From Auanema rhodensis (lineage: Eukaryota; Animalia; Nematoda), in NCBI GenBank assembly GCA_964057225.1, contig OZ059896.1, positions 18,476,001 through 18,540,000 of the forward strand: a stretch of DNA of 64,000 nt, written 5' to 3'. The translations under genes were made by a program, and so were the position numbers. Positions 1 through 13,610 of the stretch are shown piece by piece (position 1 is the stretch's first letter; every line of letters starts with the position of its first letter). Under the pieces are notes generated by a model, which searched no databases, was not told the origin of the DNA, and worked only from the letters and a program-made list of their open reading frames with translations.

Positions 1-3000
1 ATAAGTGGTTCACTATCACCACAGATAAGATATGTTTTTATTATGAAAATGGGGACTTCTTGAAGAATAGCAATAAAAGTAATATTATTTTAAAAATATT
101 CAGGAATGATCATCGAGAGTTTCCATCTTTTTATAGAGAACTTGTTTACATTCAACAGTATGTTCACAAAGCTGTAAGCTGGACGGCCGGTTCAATGTTT
201 TTTGATGTTTTTTCATTTTTATCATTCAATTTTTTGAAAATTTATCAATGTAGTCAAGATGATTCTCTGGAAGTAATCCCGAATTGAGAAGAAATGAAAA
301 CAGGCAAACAAATTTTTACTGTGTCAAAAAATAACATCAGTACTCTTGCTAGTAGCAATACTCGTAATTGTTTCGCACTCTGGACCGGCACTGTAACATA
401 GCGATCATATTCTCTATATAGGTACACGATTTATTTGCTCCATATAAGTTCGTATTTTCTTATTCTGTATTGGTCAATAATAAGTGGTTCACTATCACCA
501 CAGATAAGATATGTTTTTATTATGAAAATGGGGACTTCTTGAAGAATGGCAATGAAAGTAATATTATTTTAAAAATATTCAGGAATGATCATCGAGAGTT
601 TCCATCTTTTTATAGAGAACTTGTTTATGATCAACAGTATGTTCACAAAACTGTAAGCTGGACGGCCGGTTCAATGTTTTTTGATGTTTTTTTTATTTTT
701 ATCATTCAATTTTTCGAAAATTTACCAATGTAGTCAAGATGATTCTCTGAAAGTATTCCCAAATTTAGAAAAAATGAGAGCAGGCAAACAAATGTTTACT
801 GTGTCAAAGGAAAACATCAATACTTTTGCTAGCAATACTCGTAATTGTTTCGCACTCTGGACCGGCAATTGTAACATAGCAATCATTTGCTCCATATATG
901 TTTACATTTTTTTATTCTGTATTGGTCAATAATAAGCGGTTCACTATCACCACAGATAAGATATGTTTTGTTTATGAAAATGGGGAATTCTTGGAGAATG
1001 TATTTGTTTGTATTTGATGAATTATTTGCTCTATATATGTTTATATTTTTATATTTTGTTTTGGTCAATAATAAGGGGTTCACTATCACCACAGATAAGA
1101 TATCTTTTTATTATGAAAATGGGGAATTCTTGGAGAATAGTAATGAAATTAATATTATTTTAAAAATATTCAGGATTGATCATCGAGAGTTTCCATCTTT
1201 TTATAGAGAACTTGTTTACATTCAACAGTATGTTCACAAAACTGTAAGCTGGACGGCCGGTTCAATGTTTTTTGATGTTTTTTTATTTTTATCATTCAAT
1301 TTTTCGAAAATTTACCAATGTAGTCAAGATGATTCTCTGAAAGTATTCCCAAATTTAGAAAAAATAAAAGCAGGCAAACAAATTTTTACTGTGTCAAAGG
1401 TAAACATCAGTACTTTTGCTAGCAATACTCGTGATTGTTTCGCACTCTGGACCGGAAATTGTAATATAGCGATCATTTACTCTATATAGGTATACGATTC
1501 ATTTGCTCCTTATATATTTATATTTTTTTTATTCTGTATTGGTCAATAATAAGTGGTTCACTATCACCACAGATGAGATATCTTTTTATTATGAAAATGG
1601 GGAATTCTTGGAGAATAGTAATGAAATTAATATTATTTTAAAAATATTCAGGATTGATCATCGAGAGTTTTCATCTTTTTATAGAGAACTTGTTTACATT
1701 CAACAGTATGTTCCCAAAACTGTAAGCTGGACGGCCGGTTCAATGTTTTTTGATGTTTTTTCATTTTTATCATTCAATTTTTTGAAAATTTATCAATGTA
1801 GTCAAGATGATTCTCTGGAAGTAATCCCGAATTGAGAAGAAATGAAAACAGGCAAACGAGTTTTTACTGTGTCAAAGGAAAATATCAGTATTTTTGCTAG
1901 CAATACTCGTGATTGTTTCGCACTCTGGAGCGGCAATTGTAACATAACGATCATTTGCTCTATATATGTTTTTTTTTTTAATTTTGTTTTAGTCAATAAT
2001 AAGCGGTTCACTATCACCACAGATAAGATATCTTTTTGTAATAAAAATGAGGAATTCTTGGAGAATGTATTTGTTTGTATTTGATGAATTATTTGCTCTA
2101 TATATGTTTATATTTTTTTATTTTGTTTTGGTCAATAATAAGGGGTTCACTATCACCACAGATAAGATATCTTTTTATTATGAAAATGGGGAATTCTTGG
2201 AGAATAGTAATGAAATTAATATTATTTAAAAAAAATTCAGGATTGATCATCGACAGTTTTCATCTTTTTATAGAGAACTTGTTTACATTCAACAGTATGT
2301 CCACAAAACTGTAAGCTGGAGGGCCGGTTCAATGTTTTTTGATGTTTTTTTATTTTTATCATTCAATTTTTCGAAAATTTACCAATGTAGTCAAGATGAT
2401 TCTCTGAAAGTATTCCCAAATTTAGAAAAAATGAAAGCAGGCAAACAAATTTTTACTGTGTCAAAGGTAAACATCAGTACTCTTGCTAGTAGCAATACTC
2501 GTAATTGTTTCGCACTCTGGACCGGCAATTGTAACATAGCAATCATTTGCTTCATATATGTTTACATTTTTTTATTCTGTATTGGTCAATAATAAGCGGT
2601 TCACTATCACCACAGATAAGATATGTTTTGTTTATGAAAATGGGGAATTCTTGGAGAATAGCAATAAAAGTAATATTATTTTAAAAATATTCAGGAATGA
2701 TCATCGAGAGTTTCCATCTTTTTATAGAGAACTTGTTTACATTTAACAGTATGTTCACAAAATTGTTAGCTGGACGGCCAATTCAATTCTTCAGATGTTT
2801 TTCTATTTTTATTATAATTTTTAGATATTAATCAATGTAGTCAAGATGATTCTTTAAAAGTATTCCCAGAATTAGAAGAAATGAGAGCAGGCAAACAAAT
2901 GTTTACTGTGTCAAAGGAAAACATCAATACTTTTGCTAGCAATACTCGTAATTGTTTTGCACTCTGGACCGGCAATTGTATAATAGCGATCATTTACTCT

Positions 3001-6000
3001 ATATAGGTATACGATATATTTTGCTCCATATATGTTTATATTTTTTTATTCTGTTTTGGTCAACAATAAGTGGTTCACTATCACCACAGATAAGATATCT
3101 TTTTGTAATAAAAATGAGGAATTCTTGGAGAATGTATTTGTTTGTATTTGATGAATTATTTGCTCTATATATGTTTATATTTTTTTATTTTGTTTTGGTC
3201 AATAATAAGGGGTTCACTATCACCACAGATAAGATATCTTTTTATTATGAAAATGGGGAATTCTTGGAGAATAGTAATGAAATTAATATTATTTTAAAAA
3301 TATTCAGGATTGATCATCGAGAGTTTCCATCTTTTTATAGAGAACTTGTTTACATTCAACAGTATATTCACAAAACTGTAAGCTGGACGGCCGGTTCAAT
3401 GTTTTTTGATGTTTTTTTATTTTTATCATTCAATTTTTCGAAAATTTACCAATGTAGTCAAGATGATTCTCTGAAAGTATTCCCAAATTTAGAAAAAATA
3501 AAAGCAGGCAAACAAATTTTTACTGTGTCAAAGGTAAACATCAGTACTTTTGCTAGCAATACTCGTGATTGTTTCGCACTCTGGACCGGAAATTGTAATA
3601 TAGCGATCATTTACTCTATATAGGTATACGATTCATTTGCTCCTTATATATTTATATTTTTTTTATTCTGTATTGGTCAATAATAAGTGGTTCACTATCA
3701 CCACAGATGAGATATCTTTTTATTATGAAAATGGGGAATTCTTGGAGAATAGTAATGAAATTAATATTATTTTAAAAATATTCAGGATTGCTCATCGAGA
3801 GTTTTCATCTTTTTATAGAGAACTTGTTTACATTCAACAGTATGTTCCCAAAACTGTAAGCTGGACGGCCGGTTCAATGTTTTTTGATGTTTTTTCATTT
3901 TTATCATTCAATTTTTTGAAAATTTATCAATGTAGTCAAGATGATTCTCTGGAAGTAGTCCCGAATTGAGAAGAAATGAAAACAGGCAAACGAATTTTTA
4001 CTGTGTCAAAGGAAAATATCAGTATTTTTGCTAGCAATACTCGTGATTGTTTCGCACTCTGGAGCGGCAATTGTAACATAACGATCATTTGCTCTATATA
4101 TGTTTTTTTTTTATTTTGTTTTAGTCAATAATAAGCGGTTCACTATCACCACAGATAAGATATGTTTTGTTTATGAAAATGGGGAATTCTTGGAGAATGA
4201 CAATGAAAGTAATATTATTTTAAAAATATTCAGGAATGATCATCGAGAGTTTCCATCTTTTTATAGAGAACTTGTTTACATTTAACAGTATGTTCACAAA
4301 ATTGTTAGCTGGACGGCCAATTCAATTTTTCAGATGTTTTTTATTTTATTATTTAATTTTTAAATATTTATGAATGTAGTCGAGAGGATTCTCTGAAAGT
4401 ATTCCCAAAATTAGAAGAAATGAGAGCAGGCAAACAAATGTTTACTGTGTCAAAGGAAAACATCAATACTTTTGCTAGCAATACTCGTGATTGTTTGGCA
4501 CTCTGGACCGGAAATTGTAATATAGCGATCATTTACTCTATATAGGTATACGATTCATTTGCTCCTTATATATTTATATTTTTTTTATTCTGTATTGGTC
4601 AATAATAAGTGGTTCACTATCACCACAGATGAGATATCTTTTTATTATGAAAATGGGGAATTCTTGGAGAATAGTAATGAAATTAATATTATTTTAAAAA
4701 TATTCAGGATTGATCATCGAGAGTTTTCATCTTTTTATAGAGAACTTGTTTACATTCAACAGTATGTTCCCAAAACTGTAAGCTGGACGGCCGGTTCAAT
4801 GTTTTTTGATGTTTTTTTATTTTTGTCATTCAATTTTTCGAAAATTTACCAATGTAGTCAAGATGATTCTCTGAAAGTATTCCCAAAATTAGAAGAAATG
4901 AGAGCAGGCAAACAAATTTTTACTGTGTCAAAAAATAACATCAGTACTCTTGCTAGTAGCAATACTCGTAATTGTTTCGCACTCTGGACCGGCACTGTAA
5001 CATAGCGATCATATTCTCTATATAGGTACACGATTTATTTGCTCCATATAAGTTCGTATTTTTTTATTCTGTATTGGTCAATAATAAGTGGTTCACTATC
5101 ACCACAGATAAGATATGTTTTTATTATGAAAATGGGGACTTCTTGAAGAATGGCAATGAAAGTAATATTATTTTAAAAATATTCAGGAATGATCATCGAG
5201 AGTTTTCATCTTTTTATAGAGAACTTGTTTACATTCAACAGTATGTTCCCAAAACTGTAAGCTGGACGGCCGGTTCAATGTTTTTGATGTTTTTTTTATT
5301 TTTATCATTCAATTTTTTGAAAATTTATCAATGTAGTCAAGATGATTCTCTGGAAGTAATTCCGAATTGAGAAGAAATGAAAACAGGCAAACGAATTTTT
5401 ACTGTGTCAAAGGAAAATATCAGTATTTTTGCTAGTAGCAATACTCGTGATTGTTTCGCACTCTGGACCGGCAATTGTAACATAGCAATCATTTGCTCCA
5501 TATATATTTATATTTTTTTATTCTGTATTGGTCAATAATAAGTGGTTCACTATCACCACAGATAAGATATGGTTTTATTATGAAAATGGGGACTTCTTGG
5601 AGAATAGCAATGAAAGTAATATTATTTTAAAAATATTCAGGAATGATCATCGAGAGTTTCCATCTTTTTATACAGAACTTGTTTACATTCAACAGTATGT
5701 TCACAAATTCGTAAGCTGGACGGCCGATTCGATTCTTCAGATGTTTTTTCATTTTTATTATTTAATTTTTAAATATTCATGAATGTAGTCAAGAGAATTC
5801 TGTAGAAGTATTCACAAATTTAAAAGAAATGAAAGCAGGTTAACAAATTTTTACTGTGTCAATGGAAAACATCAGTACTCTTGCTAGCAATACTCGTAAT
5901 TGTTTCGCTTTCTGAACCGGCAATTGTAACATAACGATCATTTGCTCTATATATGTTTATTTTTTTTATTTTGTTTTAGTCAATAATAAGCGGTTCACTA

Positions 6001-9000
6001 TCACCACAGATAAGATATGGTTTTATTATGAAAATGGGGACTTCTTGGAGAATGGCAATAAAAGTAATATTATTTAAAAAATATTCAGGAATGATCATCG
6101 AGAGTTTCAACTTTTTTATAGAGAACTTGTTCACATTCAACAGTATGTTCACAAATTCGTAAGCTGAACGGCCGATTCAATTTTTCAGATGTTTTTTATT
6201 TTATTATTTAATTTTTAAATATTTATGAATGTAGTCGAGAGGATTCTCTGAAAGTGTTCCCAAATTTGAAAAAAACGAAAGCAGGTTAACAAATTTTTAC
6301 TGTGTCAAAGGAAAATATCAGTATTTTTGCTAGCAATACTCGTGATTGTTTCGCACTCCGGACCGGCAATTGTAACATAACGATCATTTGCTCTATATAT
6401 GTTTATATTTTTTTATTTTGTTTTAGTCAATAATAAGCGGTTCACTATCACCACAGATAAGATATGTTTTGTTTATGAAAATGGGGAATTCTTGGAGAAT
6501 GGCAATGAAAGTAATATTATTTTGAAAATATTCAGGAATGATCATCAAGAGTTTCCATCTTTTTATAGAGAACTTGTTTACATTTAACAGTATGTTCACA
6601 AAATTGTTAGCTGGACGGCCAATTCAATTCTGCAGATGTTTTTCTATTATTATTATAATTTTTAGATATGAATCAATGTAGTCAAGATGATTCTTTGAAA
6701 GTATTCCCAAAATTAGAAGAAATGAGAGCAGGCAAACAAATGTTTACTGTGTCAAAGGAAAACATCAATACTTTTGCTAGCAATACTCGTAATTGTTTCG
6801 CACTCTGGACCGGCAATTGTAATATAGCGATCATTTACTCTATATAGGTATACGATATATTTTGCTCCCTATATGTTTATATTTTTTTATTCTGTTTTGG
6901 TCAATAATAATTGGTTCACTATCACCACAGATAAGATTTGTTTTTATTATGAAAATGGGGAATTCTTGGAGAATAGCAATAAAAGTAATATTATGTTGAA
7001 GATATTTAGGAATGATCATCGAGAGTTTCCATCTTTTTATAGAGAACTTGTTTACATTCAACAGTATGTTCACAAAACTGTAAGCTGGACGGCCGGTTCA
7101 ATGTTTTTTGATGTTTTTTCATTTTTATCATTCAATTTTTTGAAAATTTATCAATGTAGTCAAGATGATTCTCTGGAAGTAATCCCGAATTGAGAAGAAA
7201 TGAAAACAGGCAAACGAATTTTTACTGTGTCAAAAAATAACATCAGTACTCTTGCTAGCAATCTTCGTAATTGTTTCGCACTCTGGACCGGCAATTGTAA
7301 TATAGCGATCGTTTACTCTATATAGGTATACGATTCATTTGCTCCATATATATTTATATTTTTTTATTCTGTTTTGGTCAATAATAAGTGGTTCACTATC
7401 ACCACAGATAAGATATGTTTTTATTATGAAAATGGGGACTTCTTGGAGAATAGCAATAAAAGTAATATTATTTTGAAAATATTCAGGAATGATCATCGAG
7501 AGTTTCCATCTTTTTATAGAGAACTTGTTTACATTCAACAGTATGTTCACAAAGCTGTAAGCTGGACGGCCGGTTCAATGTTTTTTGATGTTTTTTCATT
7601 TTTATCATTCAATTTTTTGAAAATTTATCAATGTAGTCAAGATGATTCTCTGGAAGTAATCCCGAATTGAGAAGAAATGAAAACAGGCAAACAAATTTTT
7701 ACTGTGTCAAAAAATAACATCAGTACTCTTGCTAGTAGCAATACTCGTAATTGTTTCGCACTCTGGACCGGCACTGTAACATAGCGATCATATTCTCTAT
7801 ATAGGTACACGATTTATTTGCTCCATATAAGTTCGTATTTTTTTATTCTGTATTGGTCAATAATAAGTGGTTCACTATCACCACAGATAAGATATGTTTT
7901 TATTATGAAAATGGGGACTTCTTGAAGAATGGCAATGAAAGTAATATTATTTTAAAAATATTCAGGAATGATCATCGAGAGTTTCCATCTTTTTATAGAG
8001 AACTTGTTTATGATCAACAGTATGTTCACAAAACTGTAAGCTGGACGGCCGGTTCAATGTTTTTTGATGTTTTTTTTATTTTTATCATTCAATTTTTCGA
8101 AAATTTACCAATGTAGTCAAGATGATTCTCTGAAAGTATTCCCAAATTTAGAAAAAATGAGAGCAGGCAAACAAATGTTTACTGTGTCAAAGGAAAACAT
8201 CAATACTTTTGCTAGCAATACTCGTAATTGTTTCGCACTCTGGACCGGCAATTGTAACATAGCAATCATTTGCTCCATATATGTTTACATTTTTTTATTC
8301 TGTATTGGTCAATAATAAGCGGTTCACTATCACCACAGATAAGATATGTTTTGTTTATGAAAATGGGGAATTCTTGGAGAATGTATTTGTTTGTATTTGA
8401 TGAATTATTTGATCTATATATGTTTATATTTTTATATTTTGTTTTGGTCAATAATAAGGGGTTCACTATCACCACAGATAAGATATCTTTTTATTATGAA
8501 AATGGGGAATTCTTGGAGAATAGTAATGAAATTAATATTATTTTAAAAATATTCAGGATTGATCATCGAGAGTTTCCATCTTTTTATAGAGAACTTGTTT
8601 ACATTCAACAGTATGTTCACAAAACTGTAAGCTGGACGGCCGGTTCAATGTTTTTTGATGTTTTTTTATTTTTATCATTCAATTTTTCGAAAATTTACCA
8701 ATGTAGTCAAGATGATTCTCTGAAAGTATTCCCAAATTTAGAAAAAATAAAAGCAGGCAAACAAATTTTTACTGTGTCAAAGGTAAACATCAGTACTTTT
8801 CCTAGCAATACTCGTGATTGTTTCGCACTCTGGACCGGAAATTGTAATATAGCGATCATTTACTCTATATAGGTATACGATTCATTTGCTCCTTATATAT
8901 TTATATTTTTTTTATTCTGTATTGGTCAATAATAAGTGGTTCACTATCACCACAGATGAGATATCTTTTTATTATGAAAATGGGGAATTCTTGGAGAATA

Positions 9001-12000
9001 GTAATGAAATTAATATTATTTTAAAAATATTCAGGATTGATCATCGAGAGTTTTCATCTTTTTATAGAGAACTTGTTTACATTCAACAGTATGTTCCCAA
9101 AACTGTAAGCTGGACGGCCGGTTCAATGTTTTTTGATGTTTTTTCATTTTTATCATTCAATTTTTTGAAAATTTATCAATGTAGTCAAGATGATTCTCTG
9201 GAAGTAATCCCGAATTGAGAAGAAATGAAAACAGGCAAACGAATTTTTACTGTGTCAAAGGAAAATATCAGTATTTTTGCTAGCAATACTCGTGATTGTT
9301 TCGCACTCTGGAGCGGCAATTGTAACATAACGATCATTTGCTCTATATATGTTTTTTTTTTTAATTTTGTTTTAGTCAATAATAAGCGGTTCACTATCAC
9401 CACAGATAAGATATCTTTTTGTAATAAAAATGAGGAATTCTTGGAGAATGTATTTGTTTGTATTTGATGAATTATTTGCTCTATATATGTTTATATTTTT
9501 TTATTTTGTTTTGGTCAATAATAAGGGGTTCACTATCACCACAGATAAGATATCTTTTTATTATGAAAATGGGGAATTCTTGGAGAATAGTAATGAAATT
9601 AATATTATTTTAAAAAAATTCAGGATTGATCATCGACAGTTTTCATCTTTTTATAGAGAACTTGTTTACATTCAACAGTATGTCCACAAAACTGTAAGCT
9701 GGAGGGCCGGTTCAATGTTTTTTGATGTTTTTTTATTTTTATCATTCAATTTTTCGAAAATTTACCAATGTAGTCAAGATGATTCTCTGAAAGTATTCCC
9801 AAATTTAGAAAAAATGAAAGCAGGCAAACAAATTTTTACTGTGTCAAAGGTAAACATCAGTACTCTTGCTAGTAGCAATACTCGTAATTGTTTCGCACTC
9901 TGGACCGGCAATTGTAACATAGCAATCATTTGCTTCATATATGTTTACATTTTTTTATTCTGTATTGGTCAATAATAAGCGGTTCACTATCACCACAGAT
10001 AAGATATGTTTTGTTTATGAAAATGGGGAATTCTTGGAGAATAGCAATAAAAGTAATATTATTTAAAAAATATTCAGGAATGATCATCGAGAGTTTCCAT
10101 CTTTTTATAGAGAACTTGTTTACATTTAACAGTATGTTCACAAAATTGTTAGCTGGACGGCCAATTCAATTCTTCAGATGTTTTTCTATTTTTATTATAA
10201 TTTTTAGATATTAATCAATGTAGTCAAGATGATTCTTTAAAAGTATTCCCAGAATTAGAAGAAATGAGAGCAGGCAAACAAATGTTTACTGTGTCAAAGG
10301 AAAACATCAATACTTTTGCTAGCAATACTCGTAATTGTTTTGCACTCTGGACCGGCAATTGTAATAAAGCGATCATTTACTCTATATAGGTATACGATAT
10401 ATTTTGCTCCATATATGTTTATATTTTTTTATTCTGTTTTGGTCAACAATAAGTGGTTCACTATCACCACAGATAAGATATCTTTTTGTAATAAAAATGA
10501 GGAATTCTTGGAGAATGTATTTGTTTGTATTTGATGAATTATTTGCTCTATATATGTTTATATTTTTTTATTTTGTTTTGGTCAATAATAAGGGGTTCAC
10601 TATCACCACAGATAAGATATCTTTTTATTATGAAAATGGGGAATTCTTGGAGAATAGTAATGAAATTAATATTATTTTAAAAATATTCAGGATTGATCAT
10701 CGAGAGTTTCCATCTTTTTATAGAGAACTTGTTTACATTCAACAGTATATTCACAAAACTGTAAGCTGGACGGCCGGTTCAATGTTTTTTGATGTTTTTT
10801 TATTTTTATCATTCAATTTTTCGAAAATTTACCAATGTAGTCAAGATGATTCTCTGAAAGTATTCCCAAATTTAGAAAAAATAAAAGCAGGCAAACAAAT
10901 TTTTACTGTGTCAAAGGTAAACATCAGTACTTTTGCTAGCAATACTCGTGATTGTTTCGCACTCTGGACCGGAAATTGTAATATAGCGATCATTTACTCT
11001 ATATAGGTATACGATTCATTTGCTCCTTATATATTTATATTTTTTTTATTCTGTATTGGTCAATAATAAGTGGTTCACTATCACCACAGATGAGATATCT
11101 TTTTATTATGAAAATGGGGAATTCTTGGAGAATAGTAATGAAATTAATATTATTTTAAAAATATTCAGGATTGCTCATCGAGAGTTTTCATCTTTTTATA
11201 GAGAACTTGTTTACATTCAACAGTATGTTCCCAAAACTGTAAGCTGGACGGCCGGTTCAATGTTTTTTGATGTTTTTTCATTTTTATCATTCAATTTTTT
11301 GAAAATTTATCAATGTAGTCAAGATGATTCTCTGGAAGTAGTCCCGAATTGAGAAGAAATGAAAACAGGCAAACGAATTTTTACTGTGTCAAAGGAAAAT
11401 ATCAGTATTTTTGCTAGCAATACTCGTGATTGTTTCGCACTCTGGAGCGGCAATTGTAACATAACGATCATTTGCTCTATATATGTTTTTTTTTTATTTT
11501 GTTTTAGTCAATAATAAGCGGTTCACTATCACCACAGATAAGATATGTTTTGTTTATGAAAATGGGGAATTCTTGGAGAATGACAATGAAAGTAATATTA
11601 TTTTAAAAATATTCAGGAATGATCATCGAGAGTTTCCATCTTTTTATAGAGAACTTGTTTACATTTAACAGTATGTTCACAAAATTGTTAGCTGGACGGC
11701 CAATTCAATTCTTCAGATGTTTTTCTATTTTTATTATAATTTTTAGATATTAATCAATGTAGTCAAGATGATTCTATAAAGGTATTCCCAAAATTAGAAG
11801 AAATGAGAGCAGGCAAACAAATGTTTACTGTGTCAAAGGAAAACATCAATACTTTTGCTAGCAATACTCGTGATTGTTTCGCACTCTGGACCGGAAATTG
11901 TAATATAGCGATCATTTACTCTATATAGGTATACGATTCATTTGCTCCTTATATATTTATATTTTTTTTATTCTGTATTGGTCAATAATAAGTGGTTCAC

Positions 12001-12270
12001 TATCACCACAGATGAGATATCTTTTTATTATGAAAATGGGGAATTCTTGGAGAATAGTAATGAAATTAATATTATTTTAAAAATATTCAGGATTGATCAT
12101 CGAGAGTTTTCATCTTTTTATAGAGAACTTGTTTACATTCAACAGTATGTTCCCAAAACTGTAAGCTGGACGGCCGGTTCAATGTTTTTTGATGTTTTTT
12201 TATTTTTGTCATTCAATTTTTCGAAAATTTACCAATGTAGTCAAGATGATTCTCTGAAAGTATTCCCAAA
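1..12270 (+). repeat. 7383-bp period duplication (15 full monomers plus three 139-bp units); 1-4887 matches 7384-12270
   Basis: Constant ORF offset of 7383: 470/7853, 887/8270, 1503/8886, 3637/11020, 4100/11483, 4559/11942. Shared private variants include GTTTATGATCAAC (~625/8008), GGATTGCTCATC (~3786/11169) and GAAGTAGTCCC. Confidence 0.92.
924..1062 (+). repeat. 139-bp truncated monomer with a novel junction (first of 11 copies)
   Basis: About 77 bp of monomer start, then TATTTGTTTGTATTTGATGAATT, then the monomer end. The junction starts at 1001, 2068, 3135, 8384, 9451, 10518, 13907, 14974, 15564, 18965 and 20507. Confidence 0.93.
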
Positions 12271-13610
12271 TTTAGAAAAAATAAAAGCAGGCAAACAAAT
12301 TTTTACTGTGTCAAAGGTAAACATCAGTACTTTTGCTAGCAATACTCGTGATTGTTTCGCACTCTGGACCGGAAATTGTAATATAGCGATCATTTACTCT
12401 ATATAGGTATACGATTCATTTGCTCCTTATATATTTATATTTTTTTTATTCTGTATTGGTCAATAATAAGTGGTTCACTATCACCACAGATGAGATATCT
12501 TTTTATTATGAAAATGGGGAATTCTTGGAGAATAGTAATGAAATTAATATTATTTTAAAAATATTCAGGATTGATCATCGAGAGTTTTCATCTTTTTATA
12601 GAGAACTTGTTTACATTCAACAGTATGTTCCCAAAACTGTAAGCTGGACGGCCGGTTCAATGTTTTTTGATGTTTTTTCATTTTTATCATTCAATTTTTT
12701 GAAAATTTATCAATGTAGTCAAGATGATTCTCTGGAAGTAATTCCGAATTGAGAAGAAATGAAAACAGGCAAACGAATTTTTACTGTGTCAAAGGAAAAT
12801 ATCAGTATTTTTGCTAGCAATACTCGTGATTGTTTCGCACTCTGGAGCGGCAATTGTAACATAACGATCATTTGCTCTATATATGTTTTTTTTTTTATTT
12901 TGTTTTAGTCAATAATAAGCGGTTCACTATCACCACAGATAAGATATGTTTTGTTTATGAAAATGGGGAATTCTTGGAGAATGACAATGAAAGTAATATT
13001 ATTTTAAAAATATTCAGGAATGATCATCGAGAGTTTCCATCTTTTTATAGAGAACTTGTTTACATTTAACAGTATGTTCACAAAATTGTTAGCTGGACGG
13101 CCAATTCAATTCTTCAGATGTTTTTCTATTTTTATTATAATTTTTAGATATTAATCAATGTAGTCAAGATGATTCTATAAAGGTATTCCCAAAATAAGAA
13201 GAAATGAGAGCAGGCAAACAAATGTTTACTGTGTCAAAGGAAAACATCAATACTTTTGCTAGCAATACTCGTGATTGTTTCGCACTCTGGACCGGAAATT
13301 GTAATATAGCGATCATTTACTCTATATAGGTATACGATTCATTTGCTCCTTATATATTTATATTTTTTTTATTCTGTGTTGGTCAATAATAAGTGGTTCA
13401 CTATCACCACAGATGAGATATCTTTTTATTATGAAAATGGGGAATTCTTGGAGAATAGTAATGAAATTAATATTATTTTAAAAATATTCAGGATTGATCA
13501 TCGAGAGTTTTCATCTTTTTATAGAGAACTTGTTTACATTCAACAGTATGTTCCCAAAACTGTAAGCTGGACGGCCGGTTCAATGTTTTTTGATGTTTTT
13601 TCATTTTTAT
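10810..13610 (+). repeat. About 1400-1401-bp 3-mer higher-order repeat, about 2 copies
   Basis: ORF offsets 11020/12420 and 11942/13343. The variant GATTCTATAAAGGTATTCC is shared at ~11770 and ~13171. Confidence 0.75.
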
